Positions 36,084-48,491 of a stretch of 64,000 nt of DNA are shown here, piece by piece. The notes beneath the pieces were generated by a model. It saw only the letters and a list, made by a program, of their open reading frames with translations, was not told the origin of the DNA and searched no databases. How positions within the stretch are numbered: position 1 is the first letter of the stretch; each line of letters opens with the position of its first letter. Origin of the DNA: Takakia lepidozioides (Eukaryota; Plantae; Bryophyta); the NCBI GenBank assembly GCA_030704615.1, contig CM060732.1, positions 6,758,001 through 6,822,000 on the forward strand. Direction: 5' to 3'. The translations under genes and the position numbers were made by a program.

Positions 36084-39000
36084 ATGGGAGCTGGGGAGGG
36101 ATCGCAGGGGGGCGAGGCAACACAGTCAACTTTGGATACTCCTGCCCGGGTGCTGCGCTCACAAGGTGGAAGTGCATCGAGGCAGACGAGTCCTCATTCA
36201 ACACCTCAGATATCGCCTCCGAAAAGCCCACCTAGAGTTCGGAAGCCGAGAAAGCAGAAGGAGCCCATGGCTTCGCCAGTAAAACCCCTAGGGAGACTGG
36301 AAGCGGAGGTATTGGGTTTGCAGTCAATTTCAGAAAACACAGATGCGGTGGAGGCCGCTGGAGATGTGGGAGTCGGATCTGCAGAAGGGCGGCCCATTCA
36401 ACTGACAGAAGGAGAGGACGATAACGTGGTACGACTTGGCGACGATCAGAACCTGCTGGATCTTGCGGAGGAGCAAAACCTCCAGGACAGTACACAGGCT
36501 GGTGAGAGGGGTGAGGGAAGTGACAGAGGTGATACAAGTAAGAAACTGGTGGCGGGTATGCTCATGAGCGCACGAGACATGAACATAGCAGCAAACAGGT
36601 TGCTGGCAGAGACTCATAGCAACATAGGCCGCGTTTTGGGCTCCATGGTGTATCCCGAGAACCTTAAAGTTCCTTTGTGTCGCATGGTAAGCCTTCCAGT
36701 TGTAAGGCAAGCACTGCCAGGGGATATCGATCGACTGAAGCACAACTTCAGAGAAGGGTACAGACGGGGGTCGGCAGCATTCTACGTTTCCATTGAGAAT
36801 GACCAGGGTGTCACAAGGGGCCCCACTGCAGAGGAGCTTCAGAATTGGGGCCCCACTGGCACACTGTTAATGCCGAGTTTGAAGCCTATTGAAGACTAAT
36901 CCCACATTCGCACACATGGAAGGGAAGATGTTCTTCGTTTGGGACGGGAACCACAGGATGCTTGCCTGGACAGAGTACATTGCTGAAATGCATCCGCAAG
37001 ATATCAGTTGGCATTACATGGTGGACTGCATTGTCGTGAAGGTGGACGTCAGGGACAGAGGACTGTTGAAGGGTGCCATGGCGGATATAAATCTGTAAGT
37101 ATACAATTACATCCTTGTGTACTGCCTATTGCGGCGCCGAAATAGGCAATGTTCACCACTGTCATGCACTCTATGAACTGGAAATTGGATTGCTGTGCCG
37201 AAATCATATTTTCATGTTGTTTTTTTCTCCATGGCAGGGTAACAGAGAGGGCCTTCGTGGAAACTCATCTGGCACATACGCTCTACAGAGTGCAAGAAGT
37301 GGGGACAGCTCCGCTGACGGACTTCCAAAAGTCCCTCGATCCCGAGCTGTACAGGAAGTCCCTAGCGAAAGCAGATCGCACCTGGTACCGACCAACACTG
37401 GACGCCATGGTGGAGATCCTCTATTCGGTGAGGTTCATCTCAAATTTCAGTATCAATTTAATGTTATTTGTTGCAGGGATCCGTGGCCTGACTATATCTG
37501 CTGGGTATGGGAATGCAGACGAACATCAGGGATGACTTGGCCTATGCCAAAAGGCAGTTCTTTGAGAATGATGCCCCCAACAAGGCGGACGCGTCGATAG
37601 AGAGTCATATTGTGCAGGCAGGGAAGCAATCCCGGACCAAGTACAGGTCCAAACTTGTTAAGCAAGTTGCAATCGCTGACCCTGGTCTTGGTGCCGAGTT
37701 CCTGGCGGAGATAGGACTGCATTACTCCAGACCCATGAAACCGGAAATGTCCATGGAGAAACTTCATCACATCGCAGTGTCCTGTGTTGAGCCGGCGGAG
37801 AAGGTAAGCATGTGTTTATTCTTGTTTTGTGACTTCTCGCGATTCTTATGTTGGAGCTCTTGTCTGACCGATGTGAGGTGGCTGCAGACGAGGTGGCTGC
37901 GAATCTGGAACGGCCATACAAACACGAAGCTGCTGTACCACTTTCCCATCGAGCCAACAGACGACAAAATGAACGACTGGCTCAATGTCATGACTTGGTG
38001 GCATCAGGTATAATTTTCTCCTATTCTGTGTTGGACATCGTCGCAATTTCAAAATCATGAATGTTTTGGAAACCTGCCATGATGCAGGTACTGACCCACG
38101 CCCAGGAGCAATTGGACTGCAACACCACCACTTTCAAGTTACAGATCGACTGGACGAAGCCTGAGACAATGGAGAACTACGTGCAGTCGTGGCGAGGGCG
38201 CTTCGCAAACCTCTTTTTCAGAGAAATTGCAAAGGCAAGACGCAGCGTATACATCGAAGAGCAGGAGGGTGCCGACAAAGCGGCAATGCGTGTCCTGTTC
38301 AGGTAATCTGCTGACAATGCATCCCCCTATTTGCAGTTTAGATGATTTGGTTAAGCAGCGATGGATATTGCGGCGCCGAAATATACCTCTGCAAGATGTG
38401 AGTTCTGGGTAATTGGGGCACGGTCCACTCCGTATTTCGGTGCCGAAATACCTTGTGCATTGACAACTTCCACTTGCATGATGCATCGGTAGAATGATTT
38501 TTGTTGAACTGCCTCGTGATTGCAGGTACATAAACTTTGCACTCATTCCGTCCGGAGCCATTCAAAGGGTTCCACCATTCTTCCTGGCGTGGAGGACACC
38601 TGGAGGTCGTGGAACGATGTACACAGAAGTAATGGCGAAGGAGTGGCATGCCGAGCATTTGGTAAACTGCCCCTGGTATGTGGATCTCCCAAGTGGGACC
38701 GTTGACCTCTCGGAGGTTAACTTGAAGAAGGAAGCGAATGCCAGGGCTATGAAGGCGCAATCGGATCCCCAACCAGAGGACGCGGAAAGACTGAAAGCAG
38801 AGGAGGCAGCCAAGCAGAAAGCACTGAGAAAGTCAGCCAAGGCGGCAGCGTTGGCGAAGGAGCAGATGGAGAAGCAGGCAGCTGAGCAGCCCAAGGACAG
38901 GAAGAAAAGAACGCGCAAACAGGGGCAAGAGACGAAGACCCCCACACCCAAGAAGAAGAAGCAGCAAAACAGTCAGCCAGATGAGGAGGATTCGACGACG

Positions 39001-40375
39001 ATTTCCAGCAGGAAAACACCCAGGGGGCCACACCTCGTCCGAAAATTCACAAGGGCCAGCGCTCCGGGGGGTCGGCTGCAAAGAGATCACTATACGAGGA
39101 TGCACCTGGCAGACCCTACCGTGCGGTGCAGATTGCGGGCAGGGAAGTCCTCAAAACACCCACAATTGTGGAGTGTGTTAATGAAAATTTCCTAACTGCT
39201 CTGACCAGAAGGCTGGAGATAACGAGTTTGAGGAAGGCGATCGAGGCCCACCAGGGGAAGGGGAAGAGGAAGGCCACTGGCAATGATATGGAGGACACTC
39301 CTGGCTACACAAAGATGATGGAGTATTTTGTGGCGATGAGCCACGGCAAAAAGAGCACAGTCGGGGGCAGGGCGGTGAAAGCCTCCATCGACATGATCCT
39401 TGTGGATATCCCGGATGGGCAGGAGATACTGGGGCTGGGCTCAGTTCCCTGGTGGAACAAGTACGACGAACGATACTGGAGCCACACATTCGGGTTCGCA
39501 GCCAACATGTTGGACGACGTTGGCTGTGTTGTTGTGCTAGCAGCCGATGGAGAAGTCACTGAGAATGATATCAAAGTATGGACGGGGAGAAGTGCAGCAC
39601 CCATCCTGAAAAAGATCTGGACTTGCATCAACACGCAGGGTCTTCTCAACGATGGCCAGAAGGTATGCTGTGGTTCTCCTCTGCTATGTCAATTTCTTGG
39701 CCAAAATTGCCCCTGTACATGTAGGCCACCTCTGACGTTTTCATTTCCTTCTCTGCAGACTCTTATCTTTCAGGCATTTTGCTTCGTGAAGGAACATTCG
39801 AAATTCAAATTACGTGAAGCAGGAAGACTTGTTGATTCCACAGTTGATCCACTGGAGTATAACGTCCTGTTCAACCATGTGGGAGAGAAGGACATTCTTT
39901 GTGATTTGTCGGGCAAGCCATGGAGGTATGGCAGGACCAGGAGTCCTGCATTCATCCAGACGCTCATGGAAACGTGTACGGATGTTGAAGGCAGGGTCCT
40001 TGACGTCACTGCAAATACAGGTGAGAACGTTAATTGAATGCGGCACCGAAATTGACACCATTTCCGTTTCTGTATGTTTGCTTGTGCGAGGAAGCGACTC
40101 ATTCTTGAGTTTGGCTGTGGTTGTCGTATGAATTCGCAGGTGCCTGTATGTGGGCGGGAAGGATGTCGAACCGATTTGTGTTCTCATTTGAGGGGGATAC
40201 GGCCTTGTACGATTACAATTTGGCGGGCCTTCAGCGTCTGCCTCCGACTGAGGATCCCAAAAACGCAGAAGAGGACGTGGAAGGAGAGGAGGAAGATGAA
40301 GAGGAGGAAGTCCGGGAAATTCGTTCGATGCAGGGGCGCCCGAAGCCGCTTCCCCCAATGCCTGTCTTCGAGTGA
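36084..40375 (+). CDS. ParB/Srx-like domain plus beta-class amino-DNA-methyltransferase fusion; predicted exons 36084-37094, 37238-37427, 37519-37803, 37888-38007, 38088-38302, 38526-39662, 39759-40020, 40140-40375
   Basis: WDGNHR (DGNHR at 36943-36957); SIDMILVDIPD (motif IV position, DIPD at 39405-39416); RSPAFIQTLMETCTDVEGRVLDVTANT|GACMWAGRMSNRFVFSFEGD (motifs X, I, II). All introns GT-AG and in phase. Three apparent 1-nt deletions (~36850, ~36887, ~38994) relative to homologs. Confidence 0.8.
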
Positions 40376-40495
40376 GTTGCACCATAGTAAGTGTATTGGT
40401 TTCGGTTGTAGGGACCATGCAACCTGCCGATGATTCCCTGTTTGAATTCTCTAATGTACTTCATTCTATGTTTGTGCGTACACTCAGCCTTGCAG

Positions 40496-40989
40496 AGTCG
40501 TCCGACGAGGAGAAGCTGGGAGACTTGCTCGAATCGGACCCTGTTGCAGAGGAGGAGACAGAATCGCATCGGCCATTCTTTGCCAGAAAATCGTTTCTCG
40601 CGAGTCCCCAGAAGCCCTTTTTTCTACCAGCGTATGCAGACACGGCTGCCAAAGAAGCCATCAGGAGGGAGGATAGGCCTACTCGGTTAGAGCAATTGAC
40701 ATACGGGAATGAGCAGAGAATTATAATGAGGCGTGAGGCCAAACATAGAATTGTGAAAGGCAGAGTAGGGAAGTTCGTAATAGAATCCGCGTCCGAGAGC
40801 GAGGGGAATGTCGAGGAGACTTCCGCACCCAGGTGGACAGTTCCGGCTGGTGAGGATGGTATTTTTGAGGGGAGGGCTTCTCAGAGTAACAGCGGTAGCG
40901 GCAGTGCAGGTTCGGAGGCAGGTGGAAGGCAGCCATCCTTGCATGAGGGCGGGGATGCATCGGACAGTGATAGCGGATCCTCACCATAG
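40496..40989 (+). CDS. Possible additional acidic/low-complexity terminal exon or ORF
   Basis: Open frame (40372-40989) also open in the copy at 20796-21413. Splice connection to the MTase exon not resolved. Confidence 0.35.
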
Positions 40990-41234
40990 CAAAGTCTCAT
41001 TTGGATCCTTTTGTTGTACAGTTCTGAAACACTTAATGAATATATTGACGATTTGAAAAATCATTGTGTTCAGACTGCTTGTCCATTCCCTACATTTCTT
41101 CCGCCAACCAAAATCTATAATAAAAGCAGAAGAGACGCAAACTTCAGTGAAGAACCCTACAAGTAATTTATGCACACCATCGACCCGGGAACTTGAAGCC
41201 ATGAAAACCCTGCCGTTTCTAACATTCCTATTGG

Positions 41235-41679
41235 GAAATTTGGCGCCGAAATAGCCCAGTTTGCGCCTTCGTTATATGGGCCTCAAAAATTCCACGGATG
41301 AATTACTGCACCAAAATATTGCGATGGAAGCCTTCAGCACAAGGCACTTCACCACATTCCACTTGGGTATTTCGGCGCCGAAATTGCCCGTTCTGCGCCA
41401 TTAAATACCGCACTATATCACATTTTAAGAGGTAATTTCGGTGCCGAAATACCCCGGTGGATGTCTTCAAAACACCATTTTAGCACACTGCTCTTGGGAA
41501 TAACGGCGCCGAAATTCCTCATTCCGCATCCTGGACCAGGAGAAACAGACCCTATTACCGAGGTAAGAGGACATAACACCGTCAATAAAGGCAGGAAATT
41601 CCAATTCCGCGGATGTCCGCTCATGAGCTCATAGGCTCATAGGCTCATGGGCTCATGCGCTCATGAAATAGTAAACCTC
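41235..41679. repeat. Right subterminal palindromes and TIR of element B
   Basis: Centres at 41242, ~41307, 41374, 41440, 41505, then GCTCATG cluster and GAAATAGTAAACCTC. Confidence 0.85.
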
Positions 41680-43613
41680 ACTTGTCGGCACCAGAGGTGT
41701 TTTTCCATAGACCAACACAAAAGGGGAAACTCCAATCACGGAGTGTTCTGTGGTTATTATCAGACAAGAAACTCTGCCGCGTCTAAGTGGTTCCATCCAG
41801 TCTGATTGGTCTGCCGACACGTAATTCCCGCAAGAATTGCTCACTACGGAATTCATTCTTCCAGTTTGGCCGTCCGTCGTAGGTCGGAAGGCGGTGCTCA
41901 TCTTCAGCCTCGTCCCCATCTTCTTCAAAGTGCTCTCCAGAATTTACTCGTAAACTTTGGGTCCGCGGTCCGAGACAATATCCTTCGGGACTCCATGATG
42001 CTTTAAGACGTGGGCGAAGTAAGTCGCCCTGTCTCCTGCGCAGTAGCCGTCTCGTTGGTGGGGATGAAATGGCATTTAACGAACACTCTACACCAACCAT
42101 GATTGCATCGAATCCTTTTGAAAGCGCATAGCAGTCATGGAAATCCATCGAGACGCTTTCCAAGTCCCCTCTGGAATCGGCAAGGGTTTGTAACAGCCCC
42201 GCTTGCTTTTATACTCGCTCAGGTTTTGTTGGCATGTGGTGCATGTCTTTACATACTCCTCTGCCTCCTCCCTCAGTTTGGGCCAGAAATACTCTTTCTT
42301 CAAGAGTGCCGCAGTGCGCTTGGCTCCACCGTGCCCCGCAAGCGGGCTATCATGGCATTCTCTCAAGAGACTATCCCTGATCCCTCCCTTTGGCACATAG
42401 AGACGTTTTTGCTTATACAGGAGCATCCGTTTTGGCAAGTGGAACTGCGATTTAACCCCATTCTCAAGTTCTGCATCACGCACTTTGCCAGCTCATTCCT
42501 TCCGCAAGCTTCCGGATCTTCCTTTGGAGCGCCGTCTCGCCCTTGTACACCAACAAGAGCTGCTCTTTCTACTAAAGCATCGGCCACCACACATGTCCCG
42601 TCCCGGTTTGTACTGGATATCCACGTCGAACACTGCCAAAGTATCTTGCCACCTAAGTTGTTTTGGGGACAACTTGGGCTGCGTGGCAAAATACTTCACC
42701 GTGACATGTCCGTGAACACCTCACTGGGTTGGAACCAACATAGTGGCGCCAGAGTTCAAGGCAATGACCACCGCCTTCATCTCTTTTTCGTGCGTCGGCC
42801 ACCGTCGCTCCACTTCATTCAGTTTCTTACTTTCGTAAGCCACGGACGTCCATCCTGCATAAGTACACACCCCCATTGCGAAGTCCGATGCATCTGTATG
42901 AATCTCAACGGACGATCGAACTCCGGGATTTTTAAGACTGGAGCTTCCGTCATCCGCTGCTTCAATTCAGCAAAAGCTTGGCCACAAAATGTGTTCCATA
43001 CCCAGACTTTGGGATTTACACAGATGTCCGACAGCGGCCCCGCGATCTTGGCGAAATTTCTCACATACTTCCGGTAATAGGAGGCGAGTCCTAGGAAGGA
43101 TCGCACTCCCGGGACCGAAGTCGGAGGCTCTCCAGTCCAAGATCGCCCTCACCTTTCTGTCATCCATTTTGAATCCCATCCTGTGTAATCACGTGCCCAA
43201 GAACTCCACTTTTTGTGACCACCGAATTTCGCACTTTGAAGCTTTGGGCATACAGCTTCCCTTCTCGCAATTTTTTGAACACCCTTTTGAGGTGCTCCAG
43301 GTGCTCCTCCTTTGTTTTCGAGTACACCAAGATGTCGTCGATGTACACATAACAAAGTCATCCAACCACTCCTGAAAAGGCTGTTCATCAGCGTGCTAAA
43401 TGTCGCTGGTGCATGGTGAGCCCAAAAGGCATCACCAAGAACTCATATGACCATACCTTGTCCTGCACGCGGTCTTCTCCTCATCTCCTTCCGCCACCCC
43501 CGAATTTGGTGATAGCCGGAGCGCAAGTCGATCGGCTGAAAATACTTCGTCCTAGCCAACCGATTGGAAGGGTCGTCGATCCTTGGCAAAAGGGTACCGG
43601 TTTTGATAGTCAC
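41680..43613 (-). pseudogene. pol: Ty3/Gypsy pol (RT, RNase H, integrase), heavily frameshifted
   Basis: YIDDILVYSKT, RSFLGLASYYRK, CHDSPLAGHGG...CTTCQQ, SVSMDF, STAFRPTTDGQT. Confidence 0.9.
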
Positions 43614-44113
43614 NNNNNNNNNNNNNNNNNNNNNNNNNNNNNNNNNNNNNNNNNNNNNNNNNNNNNNNNNNNNNNNNNNNNNNNNNNNNNNNNNNNNNNN
43701 NNNNNNNNNNNNNNNNNNNNNNNNNNNNNNNNNNNNNNNNNNNNNNNNNNNNNNNNNNNNNNNNNNNNNNNNNNNNNNNNNNNNNNNNNNNNNNNNNNNN
43801 NNNNNNNNNNNNNNNNNNNNNNNNNNNNNNNNNNNNNNNNNNNNNNNNNNNNNNNNNNNNNNNNNNNNNNNNNNNNNNNNNNNNNNNNNNNNNNNNNNNN
43901 NNNNNNNNNNNNNNNNNNNNNNNNNNNNNNNNNNNNNNNNNNNNNNNNNNNNNNNNNNNNNNNNNNNNNNNNNNNNNNNNNNNNNNNNNNNNNNNNNNNN
44001 NNNNNNNNNNNNNNNNNNNNNNNNNNNNNNNNNNNNNNNNNNNNNNNNNNNNNNNNNNNNNNNNNNNNNNNNNNNNNNNNNNNNNNNNNNNNNNNNNNNN
44101 NNNNNNNNNNNNN
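43614..44113. other. Assembly gap (500 N)
   Basis: Run of N. Confidence 1.
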
Positions 44114-47100
44114 GAGGCTACTCCCTGTAAAACGGCGCCGGATCAATACCTGTGGGCAGACGTATACTATTGTCCTAACTGACAAAGTGAATAGCACCCT
44201 CCAATTAGGCATAGACTGGCGCAGCTTAGAGCTGTACACAACCTGAAATCATCCAAGAAAGCCTGCATGAAATCATCCAGATACTCATGAAAAGATTCAC
44301 TTATCACTCTCTGAAAGGTCGCTGGTGCATTACAAAGTCCAAATGGCATGACCTTGTATGCATAAGCCCCCCAGTCTGTGATGAAAGCTGGTTTCCCTTG
44401 TCTTCTTCGCCACTTGCACTTGATTATAACCACTGAAGCCATCCATGAATGAGTACATCTCATGGCCTGCCACAGGGTCTATACTGCTTCTGTGAATGGC
44501 AAAGGGAAAGATCATTTCTTCGTACACGCATTCAGCTTCTATAGTTCAAATACTCTTATTTTGCCATTCTTCTGGGAACTATAACAATGGGGCGCAACCA
44601 AGTTGTATACTCTATTGGGTATATAAACTTAGCCTCAGCCAACTTCTTATCTCTCTCCAACCTCTGTGCGTAGTTGGGATTCATTCTATACCTCGCCTGC
44701 TTGTTGGTACTGACCCTGGTTCCAGTTCAATCTTATGCTGACAGACTTCAGGTGGTATCCCGTTTAGATCCTCATAGCTCCAAGCAAATACAATCTCTGT
44801 AGTTTGATGAACAAGCTTTGTGTTGCTAGTCACTACACCACAGCAGATCCTCTCAAACAACTTCGGCTTGTCCAGCCGCATTTCTGCAACCTGCTTCCCA
44901 CTCTGGTGTGCAGCAAATAGGGTAAGCTTCCTGCTCCTCATCCAGTCCTCATTTCCAGTCATACCTCTGACTCCTCGAGGCTTCTTGTAGCAGGTAATCT
45001 CTACTAGATTTCTTTGTGTAATTTGTATCTCGTGTATCCCATTATCACGGTTAGTAACTGAGATTCCAGTCATGGAATACCCTGGCCTGTTTCAGCCACG
45101 GACGTCCCAATAATAGGAGTAAGCCTCCATGACTTCATCCATTTTTAATACAGTTACTGTGATCATAAAGAGCATTTTTCTGTATCTTATCTTAACTCCT
45201 CTTATTAATCCCAATGGCTGTACCCTTCTTTACTGCCATTGTTACTGTAAATGGGGCTGGTTTCATGTTACTTAGACCAAGCTTCTTCCTTAATTGGTCT
45301 ATCATGATATTTACTCCAGAACCACCATCTATCAGTACTACTTCAGTTAGTTCTGTGCTTCCAATTCTCAATTGGATCTGGCATAGAATCATCAAAGTCC
45401 ATGACTGTTTCTCTCGCCCTTCCGGCTTTCACACATTATAACTGGTCACCTTGTTGTTCAGGTCTTTGTTTCCTGTCTCTTGGGCAATCGATTGATTGCT
45501 TGATACAGCCTGTGCCTACAATAAGGTGCCACGGCTAATAGCTGTCCAATGGTAAATTTACTTGGTTTTGGCATATTACTTCAGCCAAAGTCTCTTCATT
45601 ACTTTGCATGTCTGCATCTTTTTTTTTCCTTCTTCCTCACTCCCTTCTTCTTCTCCATCAGAATCAGAGAAATCTGCCACAGGAATATCAGTACTCTTCT
45701 GCATTTCCTTATAGTATCTGCCACTTCCTTGTGCAGTTCCTTCTCATCTTTCCAAGTCTCTTCATCTTCAGGCATATCATTGCCACTTCCATTATCATCT
45801 TCTTCCTCTTCTACTGGAGGTATTAGTTTGGCTTTACTTCTTGTTACTATCATTGTATTACTTTCTGGTACAACACATGGCCTAACCATGTGAGCTGCCA
45901 CCACTGGGCCCTCATTCACAGGAGCTCTCATCTCATTCTGGTGTCTTATCCAGAATGAACAGGCTGCCTTGCGATGTCCTGGCTGATTACATAGTAACAT
46001 AGCTCTTCACCATTGGGTCCTCGCCCTTGGTCTGTTCTTCTGGATTATTTCTATAATCCTGATTCCCGGGCTGGTAATTCCCCCTTGGATTACCCTGATA
46101 GTTGCCTCTGGAATTTCCTTGGTAATTCCCTCTTGAATTACCTCTCCCTTCCATGCCATTGTATAAACCACCAGACCTACCATAGTGGTCCTGATCATTG
46201 TTTCTTCTTGGCTGGGCTGCACCTGATGCACCCTTACTTGCCTAGGTTCTCTTGCAGCTGTCCTTCTGTTGTAGTAACAATTCTCAGTAGAATGGTTATC
46301 CATTTTTACAGATAGTACATGTTTTTCTCCTCCTTCATGTGGCATTCTGTGGTGGTATGGCCTTCATTCTGGCACTTTGCACACCATACACCCTTCCTCC
46401 AATGTGTTGCAGCCCTCTGTGGCATACTTCTTCAAGATTTCTTCCAATTTTTTTTCATAGTTATCCCTCTTCAACTCTCCTTTCTCTTACTCTTCCTTTT
46501 AGTTCTTGCTCTTCTTCTTCATCTGACTCATCCTCAGAGTCCTCATCTTCTTTTTTCTCTCTCCTGAGCATTCCCAATTGCTCAATTCTGTTCGCCAGTT
46601 TCAAATGCCTCCTCCACTGTATTATGGGGTAACATATCCACTTTCTTTTGCAACTCTGGTCTTAGTCCACTCACAAACCAAGTCTTCTGTAAACCGGGTG
46701 CTGGTACTGCAGCCAGCTTTTTCATCATCAATTCCATCTTCTCCATATACTCTTCAACAGTTCATGCTTCTTCTGCTTCAGCTGTTGTAAACTTCCATAC
46801 ACTTCATCCTCAGTTTTACTTGTCCTGAACCTATTTCGAATGTTGTATTCAAGCCATTCCAGTTAGGAAATGATTATCAGGGAATCTTGCATACCATTCA
46901 CTTGCTTTCTTGATAAGTGAACAAGGAAACAATCTCACCTTGGCATCATCGCCATTCTCATGTTCACTATACACATGTGCTCAAATTGGCTAATGTGTAC
47001 ATCGGGATCCCCTTTTCCTGAATATATTGGAAATGGTGGTTTTGCCCGTGTTGGTTGTAACGCCATCTGTGGCCCTACCTTCTGCCCACTGACAGGTGCT

Positions 47101-48471
47101 GGCACCCTTGCTGGTGCTGGTCCTTCTGGACCTGTTGTTTTTGTGGTGGATCTTCCACCAAGTGGTGGCCCTTGAGCACTCCCTGCTTCTGGCCCCACGA
47201 TATTCACAGTATTCCCAGCTTCAGTTGCACTACTTCCCACACTCCCTGTCCCCCCAGAGCCAGATCCAGGCAGCCCTGCCTGATCCCCCTGAGCCGACAC
47301 CTTCGTTGGCCTGTGATCCAAGTGCTCCACTTGATCCAGGTCCAACGGGTTGGGATGTCCTGGTTGTAGTCTCAACCTCAGCTGTTGGGTCTACTTCTTC
47401 ATATTCTTCTCTCTTCAATTTCTTCTCTCTGTTTTAAACCTCCAAGTTCTGGCCTTGGTTTCTTCTTCACTCATGTAACTCAACTGTAATGGTGTTGGAG
47501 AGTTTGAACTCTCCGTTGGCTTTGCCACATCCTCTTCTCCTTCTTCACCTTCTGCTTCAGAAACTGGAGTTCCTGCTTTTGGTGTTCCATGCCAACTCTT
47601 ATCAAAGATTTCTGTCAAATCTTTTATCCAAGGATGTACCTCAGATCTTTCACCTCGTGATTGATCTTCTTCCTGTACCAATTCCCTTAATCTTTCTTGC
47701 AAAAAACAGAAGGAGTGGCATCCAACTCTAGTTCTTCCGGTATAGGTGATGTACTCTTTGATCTTAATGGTGTGAGAGGTCCAGATGATTCCCCTATGTC
47801 TATTCATCTCTCCCAAAGATATGGATAATTAGCTTTCAGATAGCTTTCTCTTTTTGCTGAATATCTCTGTCGTCTAGCTTCTCTTTCATCACTCATGTCC
47901 CATGTCTTTCATTTCTTTTAATGTGGCAATAACCAAAACTCTCTTCTGTAATATCTCTCGTATATGCCTGGGTTTCTTTCAAGCTTCAATGCACCCTTGG
48001 CTATACTTGAAGTCTCCGTTACCATATAACCATATGGCAAACAGTCTGAAAAGCTGTTCTTGGTGTGAGTTTGATCCACAAAATATCCTTTGGAATCCAA
48101 TTCTTTACCAGTACAAGCTCTCATGCATATGTATAAAACTTCACCTTTCTTTCTTCGAGCCTTCAAACTCTACTCGTTTAATGGATAGCAATGCTATCAC
48201 ATAAACCAATGTTGGTAACCAACGTGCTCTTCCTCTAGAGGCTACCTGATAATCTTTATCACTCCTTTCTCCAGACCCATTCTGGATCAGCATCATGCAC
48301 TCGCTTAAGAATATTTTCTTTACAACCGTCTTGCAATTCCAAGAACCTTTGAAAGAATTGTTTGGACAATCTTTCTTCCTTCGTTCCACATGATTCACTT
48401 CAAATTCTTTAATGGTCCAACCACCATGATCCCACCAGATGCCTGTCACATCTGGTTGTTCATGACTCAGT

Positions 48472-48489
48472 TCCCCAGTATGGTCGCCA
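48472..48489 (-). promoter_or_regulatory. Primer-binding site TGGCGACCATACTGGGGA (resembles tRNA-Arg-type PBS of Tat/Ogre)
   Basis: Starts 2 nt after the LTR end. Identical at 59393-59410. tRNA assignment is by recall only. Confidence 0.7.
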
Positions 48490-48491
48490 AA

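Larger units (their letters stand above)
28138..41679. mobile_element. Complete Mutator-like transposon, subfamily B, 13,542 bp
   Basis: Left end GGGGGTTGCTATTCCATGAGC versus reverse complement of right end GAGGTTTACTATTTCATGAGC (17/21 match). 9-bp TSD. MULE DDE transposase inside. Confidence 0.95.

Noticed and set aside
36084-40375. Bacterial plasmid or phage contamination (ParB plus MTase)
   Set aside because: Seven in-phase GT-AG introns, a TIR/TSD-bounded MULE context, and insertion inside a chromovirus integrase.
43413-44246. ORFs spanning the N run
   Set aside because: Artefacts of the gap; the two sides belong to different Gypsy lineages.
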